DNA of 61,284 nt, filler included, from Nemertoderma westbladi (lineage: Eukaryota; Animalia; Xenacoelomorpha): assembly GCA_032718475.1 (NCBI GenBank). It is 3 parts of 3 records of this genome, joined end to end, with 100 filler letters (N's around TTAATTAATTAA, not from the genome) between each part and the next. Parts side by side here need not be neighbours in the genome. Positions count along the whole stretch, not along the records: positions 1 to 30,728 come from JAUCBJ010005289.1; positions 30,829 to 51,713 come from JAUCBJ010001334.1; 1 more part is not named here. The stretch is one strand, 5' to 3'. A model generated the notes under the pieces. It was not told where the DNA came from. It searched no databases and saw nothing but the letters and a program-made list of their open reading frames with translations. Positions within the stretch are counted from its first letter, which is position 1. Each line of letters starts with the position of its first letter. Of this stretch, positions 23,401 to 34,200 are shown piece after piece. A program made the translations under genes and the position numbers.

Positions 23401-26400
23401 AGCCGTTGGACCTGGTCAAAAACCGAATGCAGATGAGCGGAGCGGGCTCTGCCGCTCGCGAACACAAAACCAGCATCCACGCGATCCGAGCGATAATGTC
23501 CAACGAGGGGATATTCGGATTCTACAACGGACTGAGTGCCGGACTACTGCGGCAGGCGACCTACACGACCACCCGACTGGGTATCTACACGCAGCTGTTC
23601 GAGTACTTCAGTAAACCGGACGGCACTCCGCCAAACTTCTTCGTTAAAGCGGGACTCGGCGTCACTGCGGGTGGATGCGGTGCGTTCGTCGGGACGCCCG
23701 CCGAAATCTCCCTGATTCGGATGACGTCAGACGGTCGTCTCCCACCCGATCAACAGCGAAACTACAAGAACGTCTTCGACGCGTTAAACCGGATAATCAG
23801 AGAAGAGGGTTTATTTACGCTTTGGCGAGGTTGCGGGCCTACTGTGGTGCGAGCCATGGTTGTCAACGCAAGCCAACTCGCGAGCTACTCGCAAGCCAAG
23901 TCCGTGCTTTTAAACACCTCGTACTTCCAGGACAACATATTCTGCCATTTCGTCGCGTCCATGATAAGCGGGTTTATAACCACGACGGTTTCTATGCCGG
24001 TAGATATCGCTAAGACTAGGATACAGAACATGTCTGTGGTTGACGGAGTACCCGAGTACAAAGGGGCTGTTGATGTTCTGAGTAGGGTGGTAAAGAAGGA
24101 GGGTTTGTTCAGTCTGTGGAAGGGGTTCACCCCCTACTTTGCCCGATTGGGTCCCCATACCGTACTCACCTTTATATTCTTAGAGAGGTTGACTTCTTTG
24201 TACAAAGGTCATAAAGGCATCGAAGGTGGTAGATCCTTATAGAACCCCATCTGTACACCGTTGTTTTATTGAGTACGAAATATATGTAGTTTGGGACTCT
24301 TGAGTGAATGATATTATAGTTAAGTTAGATAGTATTATTAAATTATCGACTTGGTCACTCATTAGACACACTAGACAACATAATGTTAGGTATTTATAGT
24401 TAATATAATGAGTTTAAACTCATAATATAAATGTTTATAGAATATAAGTTAATAGGTCCACCCACCCTAGTAAGTTATTCACTGCAATGAATTTATTGTG
24501 CCTAGTTGTTGTTATTTCATTTTTATTCAATTAAGTTCATTGATTAACTCAGAGTGTTTCAAAGGTTCTCATTAATTTAATTTGCTATTGTCAAATCAAT
24601 TGAAAAGTTCAATAAATACGGTTCATAAAGTTCATATCGAGGCACTCTGCCTACTATTCCTTGCGAATGTTTGGAGTCTATTTTAATTTTTATACTTTTT
24701 TTCATGTTCCCTACAAAGCGCAACTCATATAAAGAGTACGTAATTACTGTAATTTATTGGTATTTGAATAAATTTTTATGCTTATAATTTTGAAACACTG
24801 CATTTCAATTCATAATTTATTTGCCTATTTTTTAGGAGAAGGTTTTAGTAGAATAAGTATTATAGCTACAGGTAAAACCCGTACGGAACTGGAAGGAGTT
24901 ATCATAATTTGGTGGTTAATAATGCATAAATAAGGTAATAACTCGATTTAACTTTGTGATGTTTATTAATTTGTTAACAAATTGTCGTTGTTTTACCAAT
25001 TAGTATTTATTATAATAAGTGGATACCAATTTGTCATATGTTGCTGTGTGGGTGAGTTGACTCAAACCAAACCTAAACGCACACGGGGAGGGAGGCCACT
25101 GGCATCTGGTAAGCAATAATTCAACGGAATAATTATTTCACAGACAGTCTGACTCATTCACATTACACATTTATTGTTTTTGCCTGACAATTTTGAGTTT
25201 CGACAAATGCAATAACCGTAAAAATCTTGAATTAAAAGGTGTGCAAAGTCTGAGTGAATAGGCCTATATAACACGCGGTTACCATAGCATCGAATGGAGA
25301 TTCCTGAAACAGATTTTAATACATATATTTTGTTACATTATGTTAACTTAACAGCGTTCTGGTGAATTACTCGTAACGCTGAAAAGTACTACTTTGCAGC
25401 GTTGCGGCCTATAAGGCGGAACGCTGCAAAGTAATCAATGACATGGAAACATCTTCAATTACCATATTCCAGAATGTATTATTTCCATTTATGTTAATGC
25501 ACGTGCTTCTTTATTATCCAGTTTGCAGTGACGGGACTAGCTTAGCTACTGTATGTAAATAATTGTTTAACATGTACTTGTAATTAATGCATTATGTCGA
25601 AAGGCCATAGAGAAAATGACCAAAGAAAACAGTGTTCAGTAAAACTGAACGGACACAGACGGTGACTTCAGTCGACTATTCAAGATGGATTAATGATTTA
25701 TCACATCCAAGCAGGAGATAACTTCCAATAAACTTTAATTAGATTTAAATGTATAATTAATACTGTGTACCAGTGTACCTGTTAATAAATTTTACTTATA
25801 TTCGATATAGTTCATGACTAAAAATGTATAAAAGAGCATCCAATAAATCCCTTCTTCACATACCGAACGCTGATAAGTTGACATAATGTAACAAAATTAC
25901 ATCATCATTGTGAGCAAAGGTCACTTTTCAGCGTTAAAGACCCTTGTTTATTATGTAAACCTCCCTCGCTGCGCTCGCTCGGTACATAAAATAAACTCTG
26001 GTCATAACGTTGCAAAGTGATACTTTGCACACAATGATGTAAATAGTTATTGTTTAACTAACCGATAGCTTGGTGGGCGACGTTTAGATCTCCACAAAGT
26101 ATCACGGGTTTCTTCGATTCTAGACGTTTTAGATATTTCGTGAAGTCCAAGTCCCACTCCTTGGTCCTGTAGTCTAAGCGGACGAGACGCTCACCGGAGT
26201 TAGGTACGTAACTAGTGACCAAGTAGAAGTTGGGATACTCAGCGGTGATCACCCGCCCCTCAGTGTCGTGTTCCTTTATACCTACGTTGTAAAGGCCAAT
26301 AAAAGGGTACGGTTCATGATCATGGTTAATATACACTTTTACTCATTGTAGCGAGTTGCTAAAGACGGCGAAGTACTTATAGTACAGTTATTCAGTACAG

Positions 26401-29400
26401 TATACAATGCAGTACAGTACTGTGCACTGCGTACAGTATGGTTGAGCACAGTGGCTGCAGAGGGTATTGGTATTGACATAAAGAAGCTCATGGGGACATA
26501 AATAGCGGACTTACAAGGATCTGGTAGCACAGATTCACACAATACACCATGACCCGTAATATAGCTTCCCCCCCGCCATTTATTCTACATATCTTTATCA
26601 TTTGAAAAACAACTAATTTATTAAATATAATAAATGGCCTGCAGCGAACGATAATTCTTGCAATCTTTCAACGCCTATATCTCAGCTGTTTCTCAACGAA
26701 ATTCAGATATTGTTACATATTTGGAATCCTTGCAACGCAAGCTTTTTAATGATATGAAAAAATTACGACAAATATGAAGAATGGCCACGATACAGAGGGT
26801 GCGATTTCGCAAAAGACACTTTTTTAAAACGCTTATAAATAAAATTTAAAGGCGAAATCGAAAATTCCAGGTTTATAGTAACAACCACGGTGAGTTAACT
26901 AGTTGTGTTTCAAATTTCAAGCAATATGATAAAGATTTGTAGACAAATTTGGGGGGGGGGGGGGGGTCCGTGTCATCGGAAAATGATACTATATTACGGG
27001 TCATGGTGTAATTAAGAAAGCTTGCGTTGCAAGGATTCCAAATATGTAACAATATTACGAAACAGTTAAGATGTCTAGGCGTTCAAAGATTGCAAGACGT
27101 ATCGTTCGCTGCAGGCAATTTATTCGATTTTGAATACACAATGTTCTGGAACATTTTGTATATGTAATAGCTACTCAATAGAGATATTGTATTATGGTAC
27201 TATGGGTACTAGTGGGGAAGTATAAAGTATTACTATAATTATTCTTACTTCACTATATATTTTTCAAACGATCCCGAATTACCCGCTATTATACTACGAT
27301 TAACTAACCTATACCATAATCAACGCTAATAGGCTTAGTCTTGGATAAGAGACCTGTGCCAGAATATCCCTCCTTCTCGGCCGAATTCCAGTAGCAGTAG
27401 TACTCGGAATGTTCGCATTGCGGTGGAATCTTACCCTTCGCACATTTCGTTTCTTGGAAACAAATAACATCGGGTTTCTCCATATCGATATACGAGTGGG
27501 CATTCTTCTACACAAAGAAAATCGAAGAAAAAATATATGAACTCATTTACAGTAGGTTCCAGAATTATAAACGATTAAATAATAATTTATTACCAATAAT
27601 TTAATTATGGCAGTCATTTTATCGACCTAAAAATTATAATTTTTAATGAAATTTTAACAGGAAAATCACCAAAATATATTAATCAATCATCATTTAAATT
27701 ATATTAATTATCATTAAAATCGATTAATTATCACTTAATACGGGAAAGGAGCAGGTTACAGTGGCACGTTATTCTAACAAAAACAATATAAAATAAATTC
27801 AATAAGCCTAGAGTTATTAATTAAACAAAATATTACAGTTTGATTTTTTGTGAGCAAAATGCATTTTAGTGATAATTAATATGCTTTTTATTGGAGGAAA
27901 TACTGTATTTGAATATTGAATGACAACAATTTTGTAAAAAAAACATTTAATTGAGTGGAAAAGGCAATTAATTATGTTTTAGTGACCAATAAAATAAATG
28001 AATTAAATAATTAAGTAAACAATTCCTCAGATGTGTTGTAAGAATGAGGTCATCATGAAATTATCACTCTGATAGAGATAAAATTAATAATCATAGGAAC
28101 GTCTAGGTAAATAATGAATACCCGAATAGAATACATTTTGCTAATTAGTCCCGAGACTCAACACAAGTGCTGTAACAAATCTTACGTCAATCCATGCTCG
28201 TAATCCATTCACGTTCCACGCACTAATTTTGAAATTCCAAGAAACGCCATCTGCTGTCTTTGAAAGGTTTCCAAATTGATCTTCTGACAACAGAGGAATG
28301 TCATCTCGTTTGCCTTTTTTCTTCGGAGGGGGGTCACAAGCTTTATTGGTTACGATTTCTTGAGGTTTTGTAGAGAAATAATCCGTAACCTATAAACAAA
28401 CAATATAATTAATATAACAATAATTTATACACAATATTAACTTGAGTACACACTAATTTTAATTAAAAGTTAACGTCGTTTTGTTACCAATATAATGTTT
28501 GCAAACAATACACCCACACTGCTCGCAACACGCTTATTGGGATCCCGATAGTCACTCCCGATCACGGGTAATACATATTAATACTAAATAACAGTAAACG
28601 ATATTTACTTTACATTACTTTGATTTAAATTTTGTTTTTTATTACTGTTCAATGTTCAGGCCCTATACAGTATAAGTGAAATTGCCGTGTTACCCTAACC
28701 AATATAACCCATATACTAAGAAGAAATTTCAGCTAACTGGCTAAATGTCTTAGATTATGATTAATCGTTGACTTATATGACAGATAATTTATACGGTTCG
28801 GTTGCCACATCGGGTTCCCACACGACGTACCATCCGACCTGATAGGAGTTCACGGTAGGCTACTAAGAATCGGCAACCCGGCAGCTGATTCCTGATAGTA
28901 TGTAGGTACGCGGTACCTCAAATATGATTATATATACCCACCCAGTTAATAGTGAGTTGTCCATGAATGAATATTACTCAAAGGCTACTGACCGAACTCA
29001 AACCTATTGATCAATTGAGTGGACCCGTTGACCGGACCCATTGACAGGACCCATTGCCATTTAAAGGAACAGGTTAGTAAAGGAGCAGGTTACAGAGGCG
29101 TGTTGGGGGAACCAAGACAATAAAACGAAAGTTAACAAATGTTACGAGATTATGCAGGTTACTTAATTGTGGTAATAAGGGTCCGGTCAATAATACACAA
29201 GTTGCCACTACTTCTGTACTTTGTTTGTAAGATTTTGGAGAAAAATTGAACCCAATCACGAAATAATGACATACGCGACTCCTCGAAATACATTACAGAA
29301 GTTTAGTTTGGTTAAAGAGCCAGGGTTTAGTTTAATAATATAACTCCCCGGGCTGCCGGGTTCAACTGTCTCATATCAGCAACAGCAATGCGAGTTTACA

Positions 29401-29471
29401 CATTTAAAGTGCACTCTATCTATAGGCCCTACGTCATTATTATTATAACTTACCTTTCTTTTTGGAGGCAT
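17468..29471 (-). CDS. APEX1: AP endonuclease 1; exons 29454-29471, 28186-28389, 27309-27507, 26063-26281, 17468-17651; final exon not found
   Basis: GT-AG bounded exons with compatible phases translate to MPPKRK...[13 protein letters not shown]...[10 protein letters not shown]...EGYSG...EGRVITAEY...YVPNSG...CGDLNVAH...[10 protein letters not shown]...[17 protein letters not shown]. Confidence 0.93.
20673..22153 (+). mobile_element. 5'-truncated RTE-like non-LTR retrotransposon (RT ORF to 22114)
   Basis: RT motifs [39 protein letters not shown]. (TAG)3 tail. 12-bp target-site duplication TATTATACATGT at 20661-20672 and 22154-22165. Confidence 0.93.
22290..22670. mobile_element. Degraded RTE RT fragments (one plus, one minus)
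   Basis: [11 protein letters not shown] and VIAAISSIY echo the 20669 ORF. The reverse complement of 22548-22670 resembles 21050-21243. Confidence 0.55.
23319..24242 (+). CDS. SLC25A11: Mitochondrial 2-oxoglutarate/malate carrier, intronless CDS
   Basis: Three carrier motifs [29 protein letters not shown] plus OGC-typical [18 protein letters not shown] and [22 protein letters not shown]. Confidence 0.96.
   Translation: MAQQPGIPKSVKFLLGGSAGMLATVFVQPLDLVKNRMQMSGAGSAAREHKTSIHAIRAIMSNEGIFGFYNGLSAGLLRQATYTTTRLGIYTQLFEYFSKPDGTPPNFFVKAGLGVTAGGCGAFVGTPAEISLIRMTSDGRLPPDQQRNYKNVFDALNRIIREEGLFTLWRGCGPTVVRAMVVNASQLASYSQAKSVLLNTSYFQDNIFCHFVASMISGFITTTVSMPVDIAKTRIQNMSVVDGVPEYKGAVDVLSRVVKKEGLFSLWKGFTPYFARLGPHTVLTFIFLERLTSLYKGHKGIEGGRSL
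25345..26042. mobile_element. Putative non-autonomous Crypton-like element with a long terminal hairpin
   Basis: Imperfect ~135 bp palindrome at 25903-26040 and related AAAAGTACTACTTTGCAGCG inverted motifs at 25376-25433. Family assignment is inference. Confidence 0.45.
26545..27008. mobile_element. Tc1/mariner-type MITE
   Basis: Perfect 20-bp TIR CACCATGACCCGTAATATAG with TA on both sides. Related partial copies near 1650-2150, 17948-18520, 39100-39573 and 40320-40600. Confidence 0.85.
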
Positions 29472-30150
29472 ATTGTTAATACTAAACGGAGGACGTAGTG
29501 AGCGATGTAATCGTAAAGTAGACCACATGAAAGTCAGCCTACCAAAGTTTAATCCTAAATCTTACCAAAAAGGTGAAGCTTATATCTGTATATTACTAAT
29601 TAATTGTTTTTGTTTTACAGTACAGCAGTATTAGGTAGTTAGGCAGTTAGGTGTATGTTTTGACTGTATGAGTCAATTCTAATCAATTGTATTGCTCAAA
29701 CACACTACGACCGCGTTTATGGTAATATAAGTTTGTAGAACTACTGAACTATTCAATATTCATATTCGATGAGCTAACCGACAGACCGAACTTCTTCAAC
29801 TACCGCACCGGCACCGGTACTGTTTGAAATCACGAAATTGTAATACACTACCGTGTAAGAAGTTATTCAAATTTGCCGCCAAAACCACAAGGCCATCGTT
29901 TATTATGATATACAGACAGTATTTACTACTTTTTAGTTTTTAAGTTAACTACTTCACTATATGGTTTGGATGAATCACGTTCACATAAAATAGATTTACT
30001 TAGATTCACTTCGCACTTTGACCATAACAAAACAAAGACCTAAATCAAAACATTGATTATTTCACAGGAATTCCAGGGGAACTTCGACGCAAATAACAGC
30101 TGATTAATCTCAAAAATAAAACTGTATCCTGTTCTACTGTGTTTAGTGTT

Positions 30151-30428
30151 AAAAAAAAAAGTAAATTTTCTTCGGCCGCTAGGTCAGGGATTACGCACAA
30201 AGTCTGACGACTTATTTCCAGTGCGGTCCCCCCAGAACTTTACTCCCAAGAGAAAACTCCGGCAGTACTCATTTAGCTACTACTTAAGGATGCAAGACAG
30301 AGATGCGCCCTGGCTGGTCCCTTTAAAGCATTCGTGCCGAAACGAAAACTGCCCTGGCCCATGTGAGGATCGAACCCACGACCTACAGGAGATGTGAATT
30401 CAATGCAACCACTACACCAAGGTGGAAC
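30151..30428 (-). mobile_element. tRNA-derived SINE with a Nin/Deu-like central domain and LINE-like 3' tail
   Basis: Minus strand has A box TGGTGTAGTGG, B box GGTTCGATCC, central CTTGCATCCTT...TAAATGAGTAC, tail CACTGGAAATAAG...TAATCC, then a T-run. Confidence 0.75.
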
Positions 30429-30728
30429 CTTAGGTTAACCTTAGGTTTTGGTTAAAATAACATTTAACATTGAGGCGGGGTATTAATTCGTCAAGGAGGG
30501 TTTTGGGTCCAGTCCCCCCCCCCCCCCCCCCCCCTGTCTCCAGGAATTACAAGGAAATATTTTATCTCTCTGCTGACTGCATTAAAACTAATCGCGGTAA
30601 TGTCGCATTGTACATACTACTCTACTATGGCTGAGCGACTCGGTGTATCTAAAGACCTGGAATTTAACACCCCCCCCCCCCCCCCCCCCACCCCTCAACC
30701 CCCTCGTGCCCTGAAATTAAGTGATGTT

Positions 30729-30828
30729 NNNNNNNNNNNNNNNNNNNNNNNNNNNNNNNNNNNNNNNNNNNNTTAATTAATTAANNNNNNNNNNNNNNNN
30801 NNNNNNNNNNNNNNNNNNNNNNNNNNNN
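30729..30828. other. Assembly gap with artificial TTAATTAATTAA spacer
   Basis: N-run with a 12-mer inside; identical structure at 51714-51813. Confidence 0.97.
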
Positions 30829-30956
30829 GATTCTACATTTAACATTGTCCCTACGGAAGTCGATTTTTTTTACATTTTTATAACTCCCAAAAATATAACT
30901 GTAACCTGTTCTATTGACTTTAGTTTATTGTTTTGGTTAAAATTACGTGCCACCCT

Positions 30957-31110
30957 ACGTGAAGGACCCCCTTGGAAATAAGCTGCAAAGCTTTAGGGGT
31001 AATCCTATATGTTATGTTGGACAATACCTTTATACCGGTACATTATTGTTTGGTGTATTTGTTATTGTTTTTACATAATGTATAAATAAATCTATCTATC
31101 TATCTATCTA
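30957..31110 (+). mobile_element. 3' end of an L2/Crack-like LINE (or related SINE)
   Basis: GGACCCCCTTGGAAATAAGC...GGGGTAATCC stem motif, AATAAA and (TCTA)n tail. Confidence 0.5.
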
Positions 31111-31270
31111 TGCCACTGTAACCTGCTCTTTTCCCTTAATTTATAATTTTGGAATCCGGATCCGCGTTTTACACCTACCCAACAACCCCCGGCTGTTAAT
31201 TCGAATAAATTCGGTACAGTAGTATGCAGCATAGGGAATCGAAAACATACAAATAATCTTGTTTCCACAG

Positions 31271-34200
31271 CTATTCCGAGTTGATGGGATTCCAACTCTT
31301 ATAATTCTTGACGAGGATCGGAATTTAATAACGTCGGAGGGGAGGAACTTCGTGGATATGGATCCGGACGGAAAGGTTAGTCTCATTTACATACACGGAA
31401 TTTATTTATTATTACAGTATATTATATCTAAAAGACCGCGTACCGGTACTACCTGCGTATAATAATTGGCTACCAATTAAAGTCATACCAAAATCTATGA
31501 AAAATTTCACCAAAAAAGTTATTTTACACCAATTTAAATAATGTGACCACAAAAAAATTATTCAAACACCAAAACTAAATACATATTCCCCCAAAATAAA
31601 CGTGTGGCTAAGTCACACGAATAGTTCCCAAAAGGCATTCTGGTATTTAATTGTAAATCATTATTAGTGATGATATTACTACATTATACAGTACGCCTAA
31701 GTGTCTGAGTGTGCATAGCATAGTAAGCATAGTTTAGTTCCCCCATCTCGGTGGGTGTACGATTGAATTATATTAAAGCATACTACCTAGTATTAGCTTG
31801 ATTGAACATTTAAATATGAAATGAATTACCCCGCAATTGTAGGTCATACCTATTTAATGTAAATCTTTTATAAAAAAGTTTTTATAAAACGTTCCAGATT
31901 ATAATATGAAACTGTCAATACGGTATTACATTTGTATTATATACAATAATATTGTCGCTCCATTCATTTAAATTATGTTTATATTCCTTTATCATTACGT
32001 CACGTGAACGTGAAGTAAACAAAATTGCACCCTACAGCCCTAACACCACACCACGTGAGTAATTTCAATGAAATTAAATGTAATACAGGTAGATTTTGGG
32101 AGTCAGGATCAGGGAAGGGAAACGGAAAGGCAGGTTAGCTAATTAGCAGTGCTGGTAGACGCTCGGTATTTACTTGGAGTTGATTTGCATTGAGTCTCAA
32201 TGATCTCTCCACATCGTAGCTGTTGCATGTTGGTATTTTATTCGATCGGTTGTGGGGTGAGTAAAAACTGCCATGCGAGCCATCAGCGAACTGTTATATA
32301 ATTATACTACGGCCGTTTTCTGTGTGGGGGGGGGGGGGGGGGGGTGTGTAATAATACGTTTAATGTTTGAAGGGAATTTCATATTATTTCCTAGTTTTGT
32401 TTCATTTCGGTACTTGACTTACATAGACGAAATATTTAAATATTTATATTATTATGTGGCGAGCGTAGCGAGACAAATAAGAAAGGAAGACAAAAAATGT
32501 TAGTTTTTGCCACCGCACTTACGTCGTTTTATTTGTTGTAAGTCTTCTCTCACTTTTATCTGGGCCTATTTCAGCATAAATATTGTCCATCGAAGTTTCT
32601 TCCATAGTGACATACGGGCATTACTACACCTTTGGTACCGTTATATATAGCTAAAATAGCATTGTAATATAGGCCCTTCCCCTTATAATATTCTAGAATA
32701 TTAAATAACCTGTGGAGTGTGGATACCATCAGCGCTATCTATTTAAATGTCATATAATATTATTATTAATGTCATGGAAAATACTTTTTTTGTTGACCAA
32801 AAAAGTTATTTTTTTTCAAACTTATTATAACGAATTTGACAAAAACGTGACTTACAACAAATAAATAATATTTATGTTTTCAATAAATGAATAAACGAGA
32901 TATAACGAGTGTTTGTTTAGTTTCGTTAAACTTTTCGTTTCGTTTCGTTAAATAATAATTAAACTCACTTAAAAACTTAATTTTGTATTTTTTAAATAAT
33001 GTATTGAATTATTTGTACAACATTCTGTTAATTATTTCAACTTAATTAATTTGTCATTCCTTTTATTGGTATAATTGTACAACTTAAGCAAGGTGTAAAG
33101 CATTGACCACATTGCATGTGGCGGCTGGGAGGGAGTGGGGTGGTGGTGGTGATCGTGGTAACTTTAATACTAATTAAATAAGAATACTCTGGGTTGTTGT
33201 AGTGAAATAAATCTGGTTTATAAACGAACAACAAATTAGATTGACAACGTTGATGAGATAATTGGGGAAGGTGCATATTGTATAAAAGTCAACATAACGG
33301 ATCATAACATCAACTTTTATTTTTCCACAATATAACGTAAATGTAACATTGAATGTATCATTCTAGACCTGACCTAGCACTGGTAGTAGCTGGGATGGGT
33401 TCTTTAATATCGAATACAAACTGGTTAGGCAAGAGCCCAACAAGATCGATACAGAGCGATAAGTGTTACTGCTAACTGTCTGAATAATTAGTTGAACTTA
33501 GTTCGTCATAATTGGAACTGAATAGCAATAAATCATTATTAATTGTTATGGTAAATATTATAAATAGTCTCTAGCACATCATAGACAACTTAATTGCACT
33601 GGAGTAAACTGGTTGCACTACTTTGTGCATTACATACAATGCAAGTAAAAACTGCGATATGTTAAACTAATAAAATAACTGCACTGTTGTACTCAACTCA
33701 ATTCACTGACTAAGGGATTTAAAAACATTTATTTATGATTGAATTTACATATTTATAGTAATTAATAAGGCTTGTATTACAATTACTGTTATTGTAATAT
33801 CTAAAGGCATTTATTTATTGGGGACGAGAGAGCTGACATTATTGATAAGCTAATAATAACTAAAAGTGCAATAAAGCGGTAAACATGATTAAATATACTA
33901 GTAATTAGGCCTATAATTCATTAATTTTGCAAAAACTTTAAAAATGGGCAATATAAACAACATCGCGGAGATGTACAACACTTGGGTAAAATATTATAAG
34001 CGCAGTTATATAAGTAAGTAGCATTGGGTAAAACCTGTCACTAAATATGGAGCTAATTAATAGGCCTATATTTACGTTCTAAGGTTAATAACTGCAAGAA
34101 CGCGTGGATGAGGTGACCTTCATTACACCTAGAAGAAGGTTTCTATCATATCGTGGCCTTCCTTACATCTAAAAGAAGGCGTCTATCATATGATGACCTT

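Noticed and set aside
30180-30330. Apparent degenerate nucleoredoxin active-site exon (CGP..NFTPK, PWL)
   Set aside because: Needs several frameshifts and is fully explained as the antisense of the SINE body.
30352-30428. Functional tRNA gene
   Set aside because: A and B boxes are present but the acceptor and anticodon stems pair poorly, and it continues into a SINE body.
30773-30784. TTAATTAATTAA inside N-runs (also 51758-51769)
   Set aside because: Identical 12-mer with stops in all frames centred in both gaps: a scaffolding spacer, not biology.
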